A stretch of 64,000 nucleotides of DNA, from positions 25,730,001-25,794,000 of the forward strand of contig NC_086386.1 of NCBI RefSeq assembly GCF_036588685.1, in the 5' to 3' direction. Shown here piece after piece: positions 25,541 through 40,500 of this stretch; positions within the stretch are counted from its first letter, which is position 1, and the number at the start of each line of letters is the position of its first letter. Position numbers and translations under genes: made by a program. The stretch comes from Mytilus trossulus (lineage: Eukaryota). Under the pieces are notes generated by a model. It was not told where the DNA came from. It saw only the letters and a list, made by a program, of their open reading frames with translations, and did no database searches.

Positions 25541-28500
25541 CTGCAATTTGAAGTAAATCACAATTACTAAACAACGATGTTTTTTCGTGCATTTCGTAGA
25601 CTTTTCCTCACCAATATTTATTCAGGTATAAGGAGTCATAAGGGTCATAATTGCCAACAAATTCCATAACTTGCACATACTACTAAAATGTACTAATGCG
25701 AGTTGTATACAACTGTAAAATTAAGAGATGACGCTTTCTTAACATGAAAGTTAGACATTTATATACATATACAATGCAAAGGGGTGACAGCTGTGTAGAA
25801 ATATGGGCATCTGTCGCATAAAAATTGTGTATGAAAAGTTTCATCTGTCATAAATCAAATGTATACAACTAGTTATTCTAAAAGAATAAAAGCAAATTTG
25901 AAACAGCATGATGATGAATCGGGTCTTCAAAATGCTAACTTCACGTCGTTTATCAATTATGCTTGGTTACTTCTGTTCATTTTGCTTGCAACTGCACGAG
26001 TTTTTTCAAACCCAATTCTTATCCACACCGTCTCAGATAAGTTGATCCACGGTGTTAACTTGTAACTGGATAATTCTTAGTCATTTACTATTAATAACCT
26101 TTTATATTTACATTAATATGTGTATTTAAGTAAATGAGTATAACTTATGCCATTTCGTAAGTCTCATTAGTTCTATCGACAATACAACATAAAAGGTCGA
26201 ACGATGATTGAATGATACATGCTATTTTTCTATATTGCGCATGCGACATGATTATTTACAGACCACTGAGTTGTCAATCACTGACAACTCCCAAATTGCA
26301 TTATAAAATTGCTTTTCAAATTTAAAAATAGGGAAATAAAGATAACCTATGTCAATATAATCAAGACGTTATGATTGCCAACTAACCACAAGAGACCAAA
26401 TGACTGTCAAGTTTGGTTTTGGCGATTTATTTAGGTTTGTTGTAGTTTGGCCGTATTTACCATGATATTTAACAAAGGTATACAAAAATATGTAAAAAGC
26501 GTCTTTCGAACGTAATAAGTCTTATAAGGATTTAATAATAACTAGTCCTGTAAGTAATTATAAGGATTTAAGAATAACAAGTCCTTTAAGTAATAAACAA
26601 ATTGTAGATTTTCTTGTTCCGATCCATTTTTAATAAAACTATTTAAAAATCGTATTTTTCTCTCGATGATTGTTTTTTAAGATAATTCTAAGACGAACCT
26701 TTTCAGCATTTTTAACTCGAAAAGGTGTTGATGATTATCATGAAAATGTTTGGACAGATAAAGTATGACCTACTGATAAATTGTGTCAGTGTAACTTTTG
26801 CTGCAAATAAAGGCAACTGTAGTATATAGCTGTTTAAAATTCATAAATCGATTAAGAGACAACCAATCAATGATAAACTAAAACCTGGGGAAACACATGA
26901 ACACACAAACTGCAGTTTATTTCTATCTTCTATATTAAGCTACATGTGCCTTGTTGGTCATGAATCAATGAGTCAAATAACAGAATGCAAGTTTTCAACT
27001 TTATTCTTTAGGTAACATGCATCGTAGTCTGGTAACTTTTGGATCAGCAGTTTCAGAGAAGAATTTTTCTTACAAAGTTCACGATTACAAACGTTTTACG
27101 ACATGTTTCGCTCTCACCCCATATGGAATCATATATCAATTTATCTTACCGACTATCTCAACATGTGGTATTTATACTAGTGACCTATAAAAGTGATATA
27201 GTTTTCAATACCGTTAGTATTAAAAACCTACGATCATTGGTCTATATAAAACAAATTCCATCATTAACAGTTTTTTAGCTTTAAATAGTTTATTTTTTTA
27301 TTTATTTTAATCAATCGTAAAGCAATCAATTTCTTCATTAGTTGAAACCTGTAAAATTTTCCTCAACACCGTGTTGTTTTTGTAAAGGGACGTAACACGC
27401 CTACTTACTCAATATAGAATATTCACGGTCTCCACGCGATTGTTTTTTACCTATCATGTTCCTAGAAATGTATAGGAGGTAGGATAAATGGCAACCGCTC
27501 ACACAGTCGTTTTTGCCAGTTTAGCTGCCAATGGATTGTAAATTGTCAATGGAAAATCATACATGCTGACTGTTATTGTTATTTATCACAAAGATGTAAC
27601 ATTGATACATTTAGGACATACATGTCTATACAAATACCTTAATGATTAATGATTAACGAAATTGGAAACTACTTACCGCTTTTCTCACAAATAACCCTTT
27701 CTGTTGCTGTACATGCTCCGTCATAAAGAAGACTATCTAGGATATATGCACACATGTAATCCCGATCCCGATGGTTTGGTTCATCAGCTAAGAATTAAAT
27801 TAAAACAGAACATGAACAAACAGAAATGTTAATGATCTACTTAGGATTCACCAGATCATGTCTAGTCCGTGTATATCGAGGATTTCACGGGTCGACTTGT
27901 TTGCGATTTCATTTCATTGTTTATGTAAATTTAGACCGCAGGAATTATATAGTCGACTGTTATTTAAATAACAAAAATAGATTTCAAAGTAACAAATCAA
28001 TATAACTAACAAAAGTTAAGGTAGTCCGTCTAATGATATTCAAAAGTAGCGAGATCGTGTACGTGGTAAGCGTAATCTATAAGGGGTTTCCTTGTTACCT
28101 ACCGTACCAACCGAAGTACGAACCAGGTGCCGTCATTGAACTTAAAATTAAAAACATATCTGATGTTTACGCTTAATGTGAAAGTATGTTTCAGGAATCA
28201 TAAATAAAAGCTTGTGGCGGATGCTAAGCGATGTTTTGATTTTAATTTCACGTGGATATTTTTCGCATTAATAGCAAACCATATTGTGTATACTCGATAA
28301 TGATTTTAGACAACCGTTGCAAAAAGTGAATCACAAAGAAAATTCGAAAAGGAAAGTCCCTATTAATCAAATGGCAAAATCAAAACCTCAAGTACATCAA
28401 ACTAACGGATAACTACTGTCATATTCCTGACTTTGAACAGGCATTTTTTATGTGAAAATTAGTTGATTACACCTGGTTTGACACTTGTATGACAGTCGCA

Positions 28501-31500
28501 TACAATTCCATTATATTGACAACGATGTGTGAACAAAACAAACAGTCATAATGGTACAAAATGTCAAAAATAGGGGTGCATTAGTCAGCTTTGTGTTATT
28601 ATTCCTATCACTGTAAGAACAAACAACTTTTACTTTTCTACACTGGTTAGAGGTATAGGGGGAGGGTTGAGATCTCACAAACATGTTTAACCCCGCCGCA
28701 TTTTTGCGCCTGTCCCAAGTCAGGAGCCTCTAGCCTTTGTTAGTCTTGTATTTTTTAAATTTTAGTTTCTTGTGTACAATTTGGAAATTAGTATGGCGTT
28801 CATTATCACTGAACTAGTATATATTTGTTTAGGGGCCAGCTGAAGGACGCCTCCGGGTGCGGGAATTTCTCGCTACATTGAAGACCTGTTGGTGACCTTC
28901 TGCTGTTGTGTTTTTTTATTTTGGTCGGGTTGTTGTCTCTTTGACACATTCCCCATTTCCATTCTCAATTTTAAGTATGTAAACAAACATTCACCATGGT
29001 ATAATAGCAATGACGTGATGTATAAGTACAGTGCCATTCCATATGTAACCCCAAAAAAATATAATGCATATCGACAAAGCCTATTAGCAAAAATGAAAGA
29101 CAGGAATACAAAAACCATCATCGATTAATAACTCAATAAAGGGATATATAAGTAGTCAAGAGCCAAGTCATATGAAAAAAAAGAAACACAACAAGGCATA
29201 TAAACAGATTATATTAGCAGAAATGAAATACAAGAATGCAAAAAATATTATAGAACTATAACACAATAACGGGATGTATAAGTACAGAGCCACGTCAAAT
29301 GAATACCAGCAAAAACAAACTAAACAGTATAATTATTAATAATGCCAAAATTATTTACAGACTAAACAGCTTTCTGCTCAGACACTGGGGATGTTTTACA
29401 AAGTCGGAGTAGTTGCTGCATGTTCTTGAATGCAAAATAAATTTGGATATATATATATCCCTTATGCAAATGAAGTTGGTATATTGGCCCTAAGGTAGGG
29501 TAAATTTATAATTTCAAAATTAAAACCCTCTCGTTTGTCATAGATTATTGTACTAATATGACCCTGATTTCCACAATCACGGTAATAGTCGAAAATAAGG
29601 AAGTAGAAGCCGTGTCCGTTGTTTCTTTAATTTATAGTGCAGGGGATATATTAATGGAGCTCAATCAGAAAAGTTAGGATTGTTAATGGAAAGCGCATCA
29701 TTCTAATTACTGAATGTGAATTGAAATGAACACGCATCATAAATTGTTTTGATTGTTTTTGACAGGAGTCTGCACAAACTCCGATTCATAAAAAAAGAAG
29801 AGGTCGACAAGGAGAGGCGAATCGTTCGTTCTAATAGGAATACCGACAATTTGTAAAAAAAAAGGTTAACCAAATATATTGTCAATTAGAAATTAGAGTA
29901 TATGCATATCACTTGTTCCTCTATGTAGCTTGTTTTGCCTTTTATGTTCACTAATGAAAAAATATCCCGTATGGTATCCCAAAGTAAAAAAATGATAGGG
30001 TATATTACTATTTTCTGTTGAAAAACATTGGGTATTATATCTTATCGCGATTTTTCAGTTTCATATAGGTAATTGTGTTCTACAGGGTTGAAAATTCAAA
30101 AAAATTTAAAGAACTAATTTGAAAAATAGATCCAGATTTTAAATTATCTAAAAGTTCTTCAGAGTTTTTTAGAATCCATGGTTCCAATTGATGTGTTGAA
30201 GTTTTCTAAACTTCGTATAAATTTTACAAATGTTCTTTTGAAATCCGTAAAAAGGATGAATAAAATGTCGTGTTATCAAACCCTCCAGGCAACAACTAAT
30301 TGGATCCTTTACTTCAGGCATAGAATACCTTAGCAATATTTGGCAAAACTTTTAGGAATTTTGGTCCCAAATGCTCTACAACTTTTTACTTTATTTGGCC
30401 TTTTCAACTTTTTTTGGTTTCGAGCGTCACTGATGAGTCTTTCGTAGACGAAACGCGCGTCTGGCGTATATACTAAATTTAGTCCTGGTATCTATGATGA
30501 GTTTGTTTACTATACATAAGATTTCAAAAATGGTTGGAGATTGATAATGACCAAACAAACAATAAAATACGACTTAATCGANNNNNNNNNNNNNNNNNNN
30601 NNNNNNNNNNNNNNNNNNNNNNNNNNNNNNNNNNNNNNNNNNNNNNNNNNNNNNNNNNNNNNNNNNNNNNNNNNNNNNNNNNNNNNNNNNNNNNNNNNNN
30701 NNNNNNNNNNNNNNNNNNNNNNNNNATAATACTTATAATTATAAATATGATTTTTTCAATATTTTTTTTATGATGAATAAAGAATTCAATTATTTGATTA
30801 AAAAAAGGCTTACCGGAAAAATACAGATTTGATTGACTTTCGTCAATGCCATCTTCCCACGTGTATATATGATCAGCATCAAAATCAGTTACTCCTATCC
30901 AGCACTTGCTTGATAAAAAAGAATTCAAAAGATTGATATATTAAAATAAAAAAAGGCTTTTGCAATAGATAATTTAGACCATTGACGTATTTTAGTGTGC
31001 AGACAATAGTTAAACATCTTTTGAATAAAGTATCAGTCAACCACAATTACTACAGTAAGACTATTCTAAAGGAAAACAGGTAAATCAAATACTTAAAAAG
31101 TAAACAAATATTTTCTTAATTGGGGGAAAAGGTCTGTTTCCTTTGAGTAACATGTTTTTCTTTAATTAAGGATGTACACCTCTGAGGAGCTCAAAATTTC
31201 TAGAATTAAACTTTTTTTCTTAACCTGATTTTTGGGTTTATTTGTCTGTAAAAAATAATTGGTAAAGAAAAATTCATATGGTGGTGCGCTTCTTTTTTTG
31301 CTACAGCCGTCTGAAAGTACCCAATTTTGATGATTTTTTCAATTTTCATCAATTTTTACCCATTTTTGGGCTGTTACAGTGAAAAAAATCACATTTTTTT
31401 TATCTATTTCTTCACCAATTATATTTTTACAGTCAAATAAACCCAAAAATCAGGTTAAGAAAAAAAGTTTAATTAAACTTTTTTCTTTCTCTCAATAAAG

Positions 31501-34500
31501 ATGAAAGGGACCAATCTGAATAAAAAAAAATAAAAAAATATAGGTAGGTGTTAATATAAGAAAGTTTTATCATATTTTGATGCTTTTTCGTGTCAAATTT
31601 ACCATATTGTCAATTTTGTCAATTTGTGATTTTTCTCTGTTGAAAGAACAAAATGCATATTATAACTTCTTTGTTAAAAATGATTGAAAAAAATACATAT
31701 CTATGACATTTGATAAGAAAAAGTTATATAGAATGTTTATATTTCTGGAAAAATCATTTTTTGTAACCCTCACCCATTATGCTCAAAATTTCACTAAAAA
31801 AGACTGACTTGATTAGTAATAAAATTTGAAAATTTCATTACTCAAAAACTACTTATTGGAAATGCACAATTCTTTCACAGAGTTAAGTTTGATGATGATA
31901 ATTATCAAATTCGTTGCTATTTTTCACTTATATCACATGTTTTGGAAATAATTCCAGAACGAGATTTCAATGAGAATGAACGAGACTGAAATGTCAGACG
32001 AATACATCCTTAAATACATAGAATAATGGTAAAACAATTGAAAGTATTTAATAAACATCAAAGATAAAAAAAAAAAAAAAGGGACGAAAGATACCAAAGA
32101 AACAGTCACACGATAACTGTTAAGATTATTGTCGCAAAAAGTCACTAAGATTCAAATCTCTAAATAATACCGATTCTATTATCTTAAATCAACATGTTCC
32201 ATCGAGGTGATGAGACTTAGAATATAAGCTAAACGTTTACCATAAATAGTCGGGGGCATTACTTAAACAAGTAATATGTGAAATTACCTTTACAAGTAGT
32301 ATTGAAAGCGAGGCTATTCTTAATATTACTTATTTAAGTAACTTTTCTGAATATTTTTTTTTATAATTGTCCAGTTATATAGATTTCATTAGCTTTAAAC
32401 AAAAATTGTCATTTAGTTATTTTCCAAATGAAATATAAAATCTTATCTTCCTGAAACACTAATTTCCTTTCTGACGCACTTATCTTTCATATCGATGTTT
32501 TTGACTCTAAGATTGGTCACGACTATTAAAATGTCCTTTTCCTAAAAAATGAAGACAGACATATGATCATAGATAGAAACTTGTGAATTAATTTTGACTT
32601 GATGCTATTTAAAATTTGTAACCCAAAATGCTTATATAATGTACCTTGTATAAATGGTATTACTAATTATTTCAAATACGTATAACAAAAATTTATTGAA
32701 GTAATATAATTTAATTAATTGTAATTTTGTCATCATTTTAAACTCTGCACTCCTCTAAAATATAATTAATTCTATATTTGATTACATAAAATGTAGTCAA
32801 AATTCAAGAAAAACTACATTCGAGTAATTTTATGATTTTTAAAAACAAAAATTACCTTTATAAGTCACAAACAAAATACAGTAAGAAAAGGTAATGCCCC
32901 TGACTTATAAAGGTTTATAACAATTTATAACTTAATTCCTTCACTTTCTATTCCTGCTTCAAACATGATAAGAACTTACGATCCACAGTCCAAAAGATTA
33001 ACAATATACTCGGCGTCACTTTGTGATTGTGGCATCATGACGTCGGCAGTTTCATTACTACAGAGTGTCCTTGCTTCACGAAAAGTTACACCATCATTGA
33101 CATGTCGCAGTCGTTTGTAGCAATGCGTTCTATACATTGTCCACCCTGATTCACACAATCCTGTATTTTATCAAAGTATTGGATGCAAATAAAGCATTTT
33201 TGTCACTTAACTTTTGAGGCTATTCCAGTGTATAACAATTTTTCATCAACGGTACAACATTGCTATATATACGAACATTTTTATATAATAATATTTCTAA
33301 TGCATTGATCTCTAAAGGGACACTAGCTGTCATGCTTATGTTCATCGATTGGATTCAAATTCTCTTTTTGATTTAAAGCAATGTATAATATTTATCTTAA
33401 CTATTGAAGGTCTTGAATAAATAGTTTACAGGTCATAGGCTCCCTAAAAGGTAGTTTTGTTTTGTGTGTATTTTAAAAGTGCCTGCATACGGAGTAAATA
33501 TGTCCCAATTGGTACGATATCCACGGGCATGTTTTTCTTATCACGATTTCCTTGATAGAGGATTGCTACTCGCAAGGAAGCTATTAAATAAAGAGTTTCA
33601 AATGGTGAAGTTGAAATCATCCCTTCGTTAATTTTACGGACGCCATCACACGAGTTGGTTGACCGTTATGGAATAACCGTTTCACAGATGATATTGGATA
33701 TGTTCATTATGTCGTAACTTCAATTCCCTACCCTTTTCACGAATGTGACCTACCGAATTAGACTATTTACCGGATTTGTAATAAAATAGGCAACACGACT
33801 GGTGACACATGTATAGTTGATCTGCATACCCTTCCAGAACACCTTAGAACACGTTCAGTTTTTTGTGGGGTTCGTGTTGCATAGTGTTTAGTTTTCTATG
33901 CTGTGTCCTCTGTACTGTTATTTTTCTGTTTCTCTTTTTTATTTTTAGCCATGGCGTTGTCAGTTTATTTTCTATCTATGAGTTTGACTGTCCCTCTGGT
34001 ATCTTTCGTCCCTTTTTTAGTATAGACACTATATGATTAACACCCGACAACTTCTGCCGACCACATAAGCGATATAATCATGTATATAGATATAAATAGA
34101 TTAAGCAACTTGTGCAATTAAATTTTTCATGGCCTGTTTAATTTCAATTTATTTGTTTATCATCGTATTCACCTGTTTGAGAATGATTTTTGGAGGATCG
34201 AATCAATCAATCAAATGATATACATTTGTTTTACTAACAATGTTGACATTATTTTCCTTTAAAAAAAATTCACACGGACATTTCATGCGTTATTCATTTC
34301 TAGCTAGGGTTACATTGAAGTTCACATGAACACGGATTCATTGAGATCAAATTATTCACTTTCAAGTGAAAAAATAATCATCATCAATTTTTCTTAGCAT
34401 TATGTGATAATATTGAACCATTCTAGCTGCAAAAAGCGAATATTTATTTTCGTTTCACTTTCATTAATTAAAGAAAAAATCTTACTTTTTATATATTTCG

Positions 34501-37500
34501 TAGCTAGTGCCTCTTTGTTGTGATTAAGAGAAACGTGTGATCGGAATGTTTGATATCAATGGTTTGATATGTTTTGGGATAATGAAATAATTACGCATTG
34601 CCATTAACCGTAGCTCTAAAATTACAAAATCTACAGGACTAATATTTTATACGTACCTGTAATACTTCTTTCTTTCTGGCAAATAAGCCCCTGTGTATTG
34701 TAGCAGTAGAAATCAAACATAAACCCAGTAACCCAAACACCTATACACAGTTGGGGTAATATAGGAGTACCTTAAAATTAAAGCATTTACATAATATAAT
34801 ACATGTGCTATTAGTACAGCGACTAATAATGTAAATTGAAAAAAAAAATTGGCGAAATATCTCACGGCTAATTTTGATCTTGAAATGACGTAGAGTGTCA
34901 AAAGGTGCAGATTTTTATCAAACTGTCGTAAAACGGATTTTTTAAAAAAAATCACAGTATTGGTACACATTTTTATATTTCATCTTTAGCTAGGCAGTTA
35001 TCTATGACAACTTTTACAAATATTGTTGGGAAGGCTTTATTTACATGGCGTTAGAACGCAGTAGAAATGTATACTGTCAATCGGTACAAGTCTAGCTGGA
35101 TATTAGCAAATTGTGTCCCCTTTTATGTTAAAGAACACAAAAAATATAATATATACTAGCATACTTGTCTAAACACGATATCAATCAGTTTTTAAGTGAA
35201 TACTTAAGTGTATCTGTTAAATCTGTTATGGCAAATATAATAAGATAGATGTGTTCAATATGGTCACCACATTTTAAATTATTTAGTGAGAGAACATCAT
35301 CTATAAAGCGGAAAATTGTAAACCAAAGTTACGATATAATGATGGAAAGCTACTAAGAGGGTTCCTAAGCTGAGTCAGGCATATTATTCTACATTTTTTT
35401 ATAATATAATTACAATACCAGTTGCAGATATTATTTCCGAGACAAATAGGCTGAGTTATTTGAAATAGAGCAATTGTTATGAATAATATTCATCTCAATA
35501 GCTATATGAGGTTGCAGAGACTTGATTAACTGTCGAATAAAACAAGATATACACCAGCTTTCATTTTTTAATCTTTCTATAAAAACCTTCATGTAAGGGA
35601 TATAAGCCGATAACAGTCCAATCTGTAAAATATTGGACATTTCTGAGGCCGCAGAATGGACTGTTGGAAGCTTATATCTTACTTAAAACATTGATTAACG
35701 CGTCGAAAAAGACAATCAAATCAAATGATGAAATCTTATTATCTTTCAAATTTGAGATCAATCCTTTGAGAAATGAAAAAGTTATTAGCATTTTTCATTT
35801 GGTCCTGTCATTCGGTCCTGTCATTCGGTCCAGTCATTAGTGTAACCCCTCTCTCTTACATACAGCGATCAATTCGAACAAAGAGCGAAGCGAACAAGCG
35901 CATGATTTGTTTTACAGATAACATTACTTTATTGGGATGAAAATGATGTTAGGAAGAATAAGAGCAACACCAGAGGTAAATTTTGATAACCAAAGTTGGA
36001 CGAGAATAAATCTTTTGGAAGTGTTAAAATCAATTTGAAAGGGATTGGTTTTTTTTCTCAAGAATTGTTTTGGTGTAACACGACTAATTCGGCCCGCCCA
36101 AAAAGCACATACCAGAAAGTAGAACATATTTAACACAAAATAGTTTCGAAGCATGATTGTAACTTTCAAAATGTGTAGAATATTTAGGTATTTTTGGTAT
36201 CAAATGAAAGCTGAAGGACTGGTAATAATTGTAGAACACTTTTGGACTTTTAGTTTTGAATATTAAAAGAATTGCATCAAATTTTAATAAGAAGGTATAT
36301 TTTGTCTGTTTGTCAGGTCTAAAGTACCTGTTTTGGTACATCCAAAGTTCCGGGAACCAGTTCTTTCTTTTATGCCATTAAAGGTATGTTGATTTTTTCA
36401 GTGCAAGACACCATAAAGTGTTGCTTTGAAATGCAATGGTTGCCACTTTATTTGAACTTAAAACTAATAGGTGTGCCTGCTTGAAACAAAAGAATTTAAC
36501 ATAGAAAACAATGGGACCATGAAAAGTTGTACTTCTTTTTGACGCGTGACAAAATTATTAGATTGTCATTTGTTATTTGAATGTATTTTTCATATGATGA
36601 AAACAGTTTGCAAAATTGATAGTTTTATCAAGTGATTGGACTATCATTTACCTGTAAGAATCGGTTATGCTTCCTTCAGCTTTCCAATATTTTTAAGACA
36701 GAGGAGGACTATTCCTAGCAATACTGGACAGCTAAAGGTTACAAAAAATGGTTTCTTACAGGTAAATGGTTGTCCATTCACTGAAATAAAGTACTGGTAC
36801 AACAATAGAATGACGTCACAACAATTTAAAAAAAAAAAAGTAAAAACTTTGAAAAGAGGACATATAAAAAGAGCTTGTGAAGGATTAATTTCTTCAAATA
36901 AGGTATTGCAAATCTTTTGCATTGTAAGTTTAAACAATGAAGGTACATTCCCCGTTTTCCCGTTTCTATTCTCTACTCTATACTTACTTCCCCATGTAGA
37001 TAAGCCAGTCGATCCATCACCCCAAATCCATTCTGAACCATTTTGGAACCGTAAGTCTATCCATATGCTTTCACCGGGACTGCAAAAAGTAAGCGATTCG
37101 AACTTTTATATAACAAATTGAACATCGGTATGAATATTAAATCCAAGATCATTCCTAAAGGAGTGATATAAATGTAGACAGCAAACATCAATTTTACCAA
37201 TCCTTTCAAATAAGATTGTTGACCAACGTTCATTTTACTGACAATATCATTTTTAATTGAGATGCAATAACAAAATATGGCATTCCTTAGAGAAAGTAAG
37301 TCAGTACCATCTGCTTGACCCTCTTAACACTCTCAAGAGTAATTTGTTCATATGTAGTATTAATTTAATTTTGGATGAATCGCGTCTTATAATTGGCCCA
37401 AGAAGCTTTCTAAGTTACACCTTCATCAGGAACTTTAAAATGCATAATTGTGAAAGGCAGTGGTTTATAATTACAGAGAAATAAATTGCTTTAAGACAAA

Positions 37501-40500
37501 ACAGCAGAGGCGGATCTAGGGGCCCGGGCCCCCCCTTTTTGGGAAAAAATTTGGTTACTTATATAGGGAATCACTGAAGAGTGACTGAAGTGGGCCCCCT
37601 CTTAGGTCAGTCAGTGGGCCCCCACTTATGAAAATTTCTGGATCCGCCACTGAACAGTACAAAGGCAAATTCGTATAAGATCAAGTTTGACTTAGGGATA
37701 AATCGTAAACTAAAAATATCGGTAAATAAAAGATTGTTTTTGTTAAATCTGGACTTATTTAACTGACCTATTTAGATAATAAATCTCTTATATTTTTTAC
37801 TTACAACAAAGAACTGACATGTTTGGCAGTTGTGTTTGTTTGAGCGAGCATCAGTGTTGCATTTGGATCTTCAGTACTACAGCTAACTTGCCCATTTGCA
37901 GTGCTTCCGGGAATCGTTTTATAACAATTAGATCCATCTAACGTCCAGTTCACTCCTGTACAGGTGAATGTGCCTGTACGCAAAAACAAAACCAGATATA
38001 TTTTTCCAGAATATATAAGTACCTGCAATTGTCAAATCTGATTCAGAGGGCATATACTCACTAGTCAAGTAGACATTTATAGCTTATTAAGTTAACAAAA
38101 TCCACGATAAAATATATTCAAAGGTATGGACCCACGAAAAAGGCAATGACACAGCTATGTATAAGAATTGATAAGTCTTTATGTATAATAATAATTAAAT
38201 ATTAAGCGTGAAGATATACCAAATCGTTTTCTTTTATACGTTTTCGCAACTAAACATCTAACTCACACATGACTGAATGTAAAACGTGTTACCTAACATT
38301 TGCTGTGCAGTAGATTATTATCCAAGTTTAGAATATTCCTCAAAAATACTGATGGTCAGGACGCAGGTCTTGTTTTTTTTTTTTTTTTTTTTTTTGCTGT
38401 TAAAGACTTAACTTTAAAAATTTGCTTTGACATATATAATAAAGAATTTAAAAGAACGAGTAGATTATTATTATTTATAGTATTAATATAGCCCATTATC
38501 TAATTAAAATTAATTCAAAGCAGTTAAAAGGGGTGTTAAACATTAAAACAAACAATGCAATAAGAATGAAATAAAATTTTGAACACATATAAAAAAGGAA
38601 CAGAATAGTTATAATTGAAAGGCATGTTATACTACAACGAAAAGAACAAAAATAAAAAAGTCATGGTCAGTATTAAAATTTTAATGTAATTACTAAAAGC
38701 CAGTCTAGATTAATGGGTTTTCAAATTTTTCTTAAAAAGTTTGATTGAGTGTTCATGTCTTAGATGGCACGGAAGAGTGTTCCAGAGGCTCACGGTAGCT
38801 TTGGCGTAATTTGTGTTGTATAAGATGCATTGCATTTTCCGATCTAAGATATATTGATGGTTGATAGGCGTTAATGAGTTCCTCAAGATAGACGGGCGCT
38901 AGGCCATGCAGTTTTTTGAAAGTATACAAAAGAAGTTTATATTGTATTCGGTCCTGTACCGGGATCCAATGAAGTGACACGAGAACTAGTGTTATATTTG
39001 ATGTGACAAGCAAGCAGACTAAATGTTTATAGGCATCTTCAGTGTTAAATTGCCGAATTCGACAAATGTTTCTTATTTGGAATTCGTGACGTCATTGATT
39101 TGCGTTTCCATGCTAAATGTCCTATCATAATAAACAACCAGATTTTCATTAACACAGATGCATTGATTCCTAAAATAATAGATGATAATTCGATAATTCT
39201 TCAACACGAGTTTTTGGTGTAATTAAGATCAGTTCCGTTTTGTCTTTGTTCAGTTTCAGCATGTAAGCACGTCCATTTACTAATGTCAGCTAAACAAAAC
39301 TTTAGACGTGAAGATACGTTGTCCCAATTATCGAGTGGTTTGATAACTAGGTGGCTTGAGTGTCATCAACATACACATGATAGCTGAAGTTGTGTTGCCG
39401 ACACATTTCTTTCTCTATACATTTTCAAGACCAAACATCCAACACAAACACGCCTGAACGTAAAAAGGTGTTATGAACTTTTCACTTTGCAGTAGGATTA
39501 CTGTTCTTTTTAGAATGTCCCCTCAATGAACATAGGTGTCATGTCTTGCTTTCAAAAGGTTAGTCTTTTATCAATCTGTGGAATAATTTTTCCATGGATA
39601 ATTAAGAAATTTAAAAGATAGGCTGTATTGTTAACAAATACCTCTTAGTTTCGTGCTATAACTTAAAGAACTTGTTGATGAATATTCAAATGATATGTCA
39701 TCTTCACAAATCAATGTTTCATTAAAGTCTTATCCCTTAACATATTCAATCAATCTTTAAACATTGATAAATAACACTTAATAAAACCAGAGCCATTCTA
39801 TACAGAACTGTAAGAGACTATCAAAATGCCTAATGCACTAGAAAATATGTATTAAACACTATCTACAATATATAAAATTTCTAAGACTTTTAAAATCAAA
39901 TGACAGGCTTTGGCATGTTTGTCTTAACTTATACAAATTATGTACTAACGTTGATTATCTTTCAAATTAAATGTTATGGTGTTCATATTTTAAATTTGAA
40001 TTTATTTATTTTCAAATATACTGTTTAGTCCCCTTTTTGGTAATGTTTTTTTGCCGTGACCCGGTATCCCTACATCCCGCCATTGTGTTATTACGCTTTC
40101 GTAATTTTTGTTTTATTGTGTCTCATGTAGGCTTAAGTGAATTGTTTACAGAGTAAATAAGACCATTTTGTTTTTGATTGTTGACATGGTGTTTCGGTGA
40201 TATATTGATTGACATTATGATACAATGTTAACTGCTGTACTGTTATTGTTTACTTTTGTTAGTGTTATTTCTGTTACATTTGCTCTCAAATTGTTCTCAA
40301 TATAATGGAATTCTTTATGATATCCTACACGTGAGAAGTAACGTTATCAAAACAGGTATAAGTCGACGAAGTGTCATTTACCAAGTCTTGAATATGACAG
40401 TTGTTTCTATTCATTTGATATTTTTTTAGCATTTAATCTTGTCATTTGAAAAGGGACTTTTTACTTTTACTTTTGGAGCACAAACAAATAGTACGTGAGT

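Noticed and set aside
30524-30928. ORFs containing X runs
   Set aside because: Artefacts of the N gap; only 30814-30908 is a real exon
36636-37121. Longest ORF in the track (161 aa, plus strand)
   Set aside because: Antisense to gene A exon 3, no recognisable motifs, low-complexity AT-driven composition
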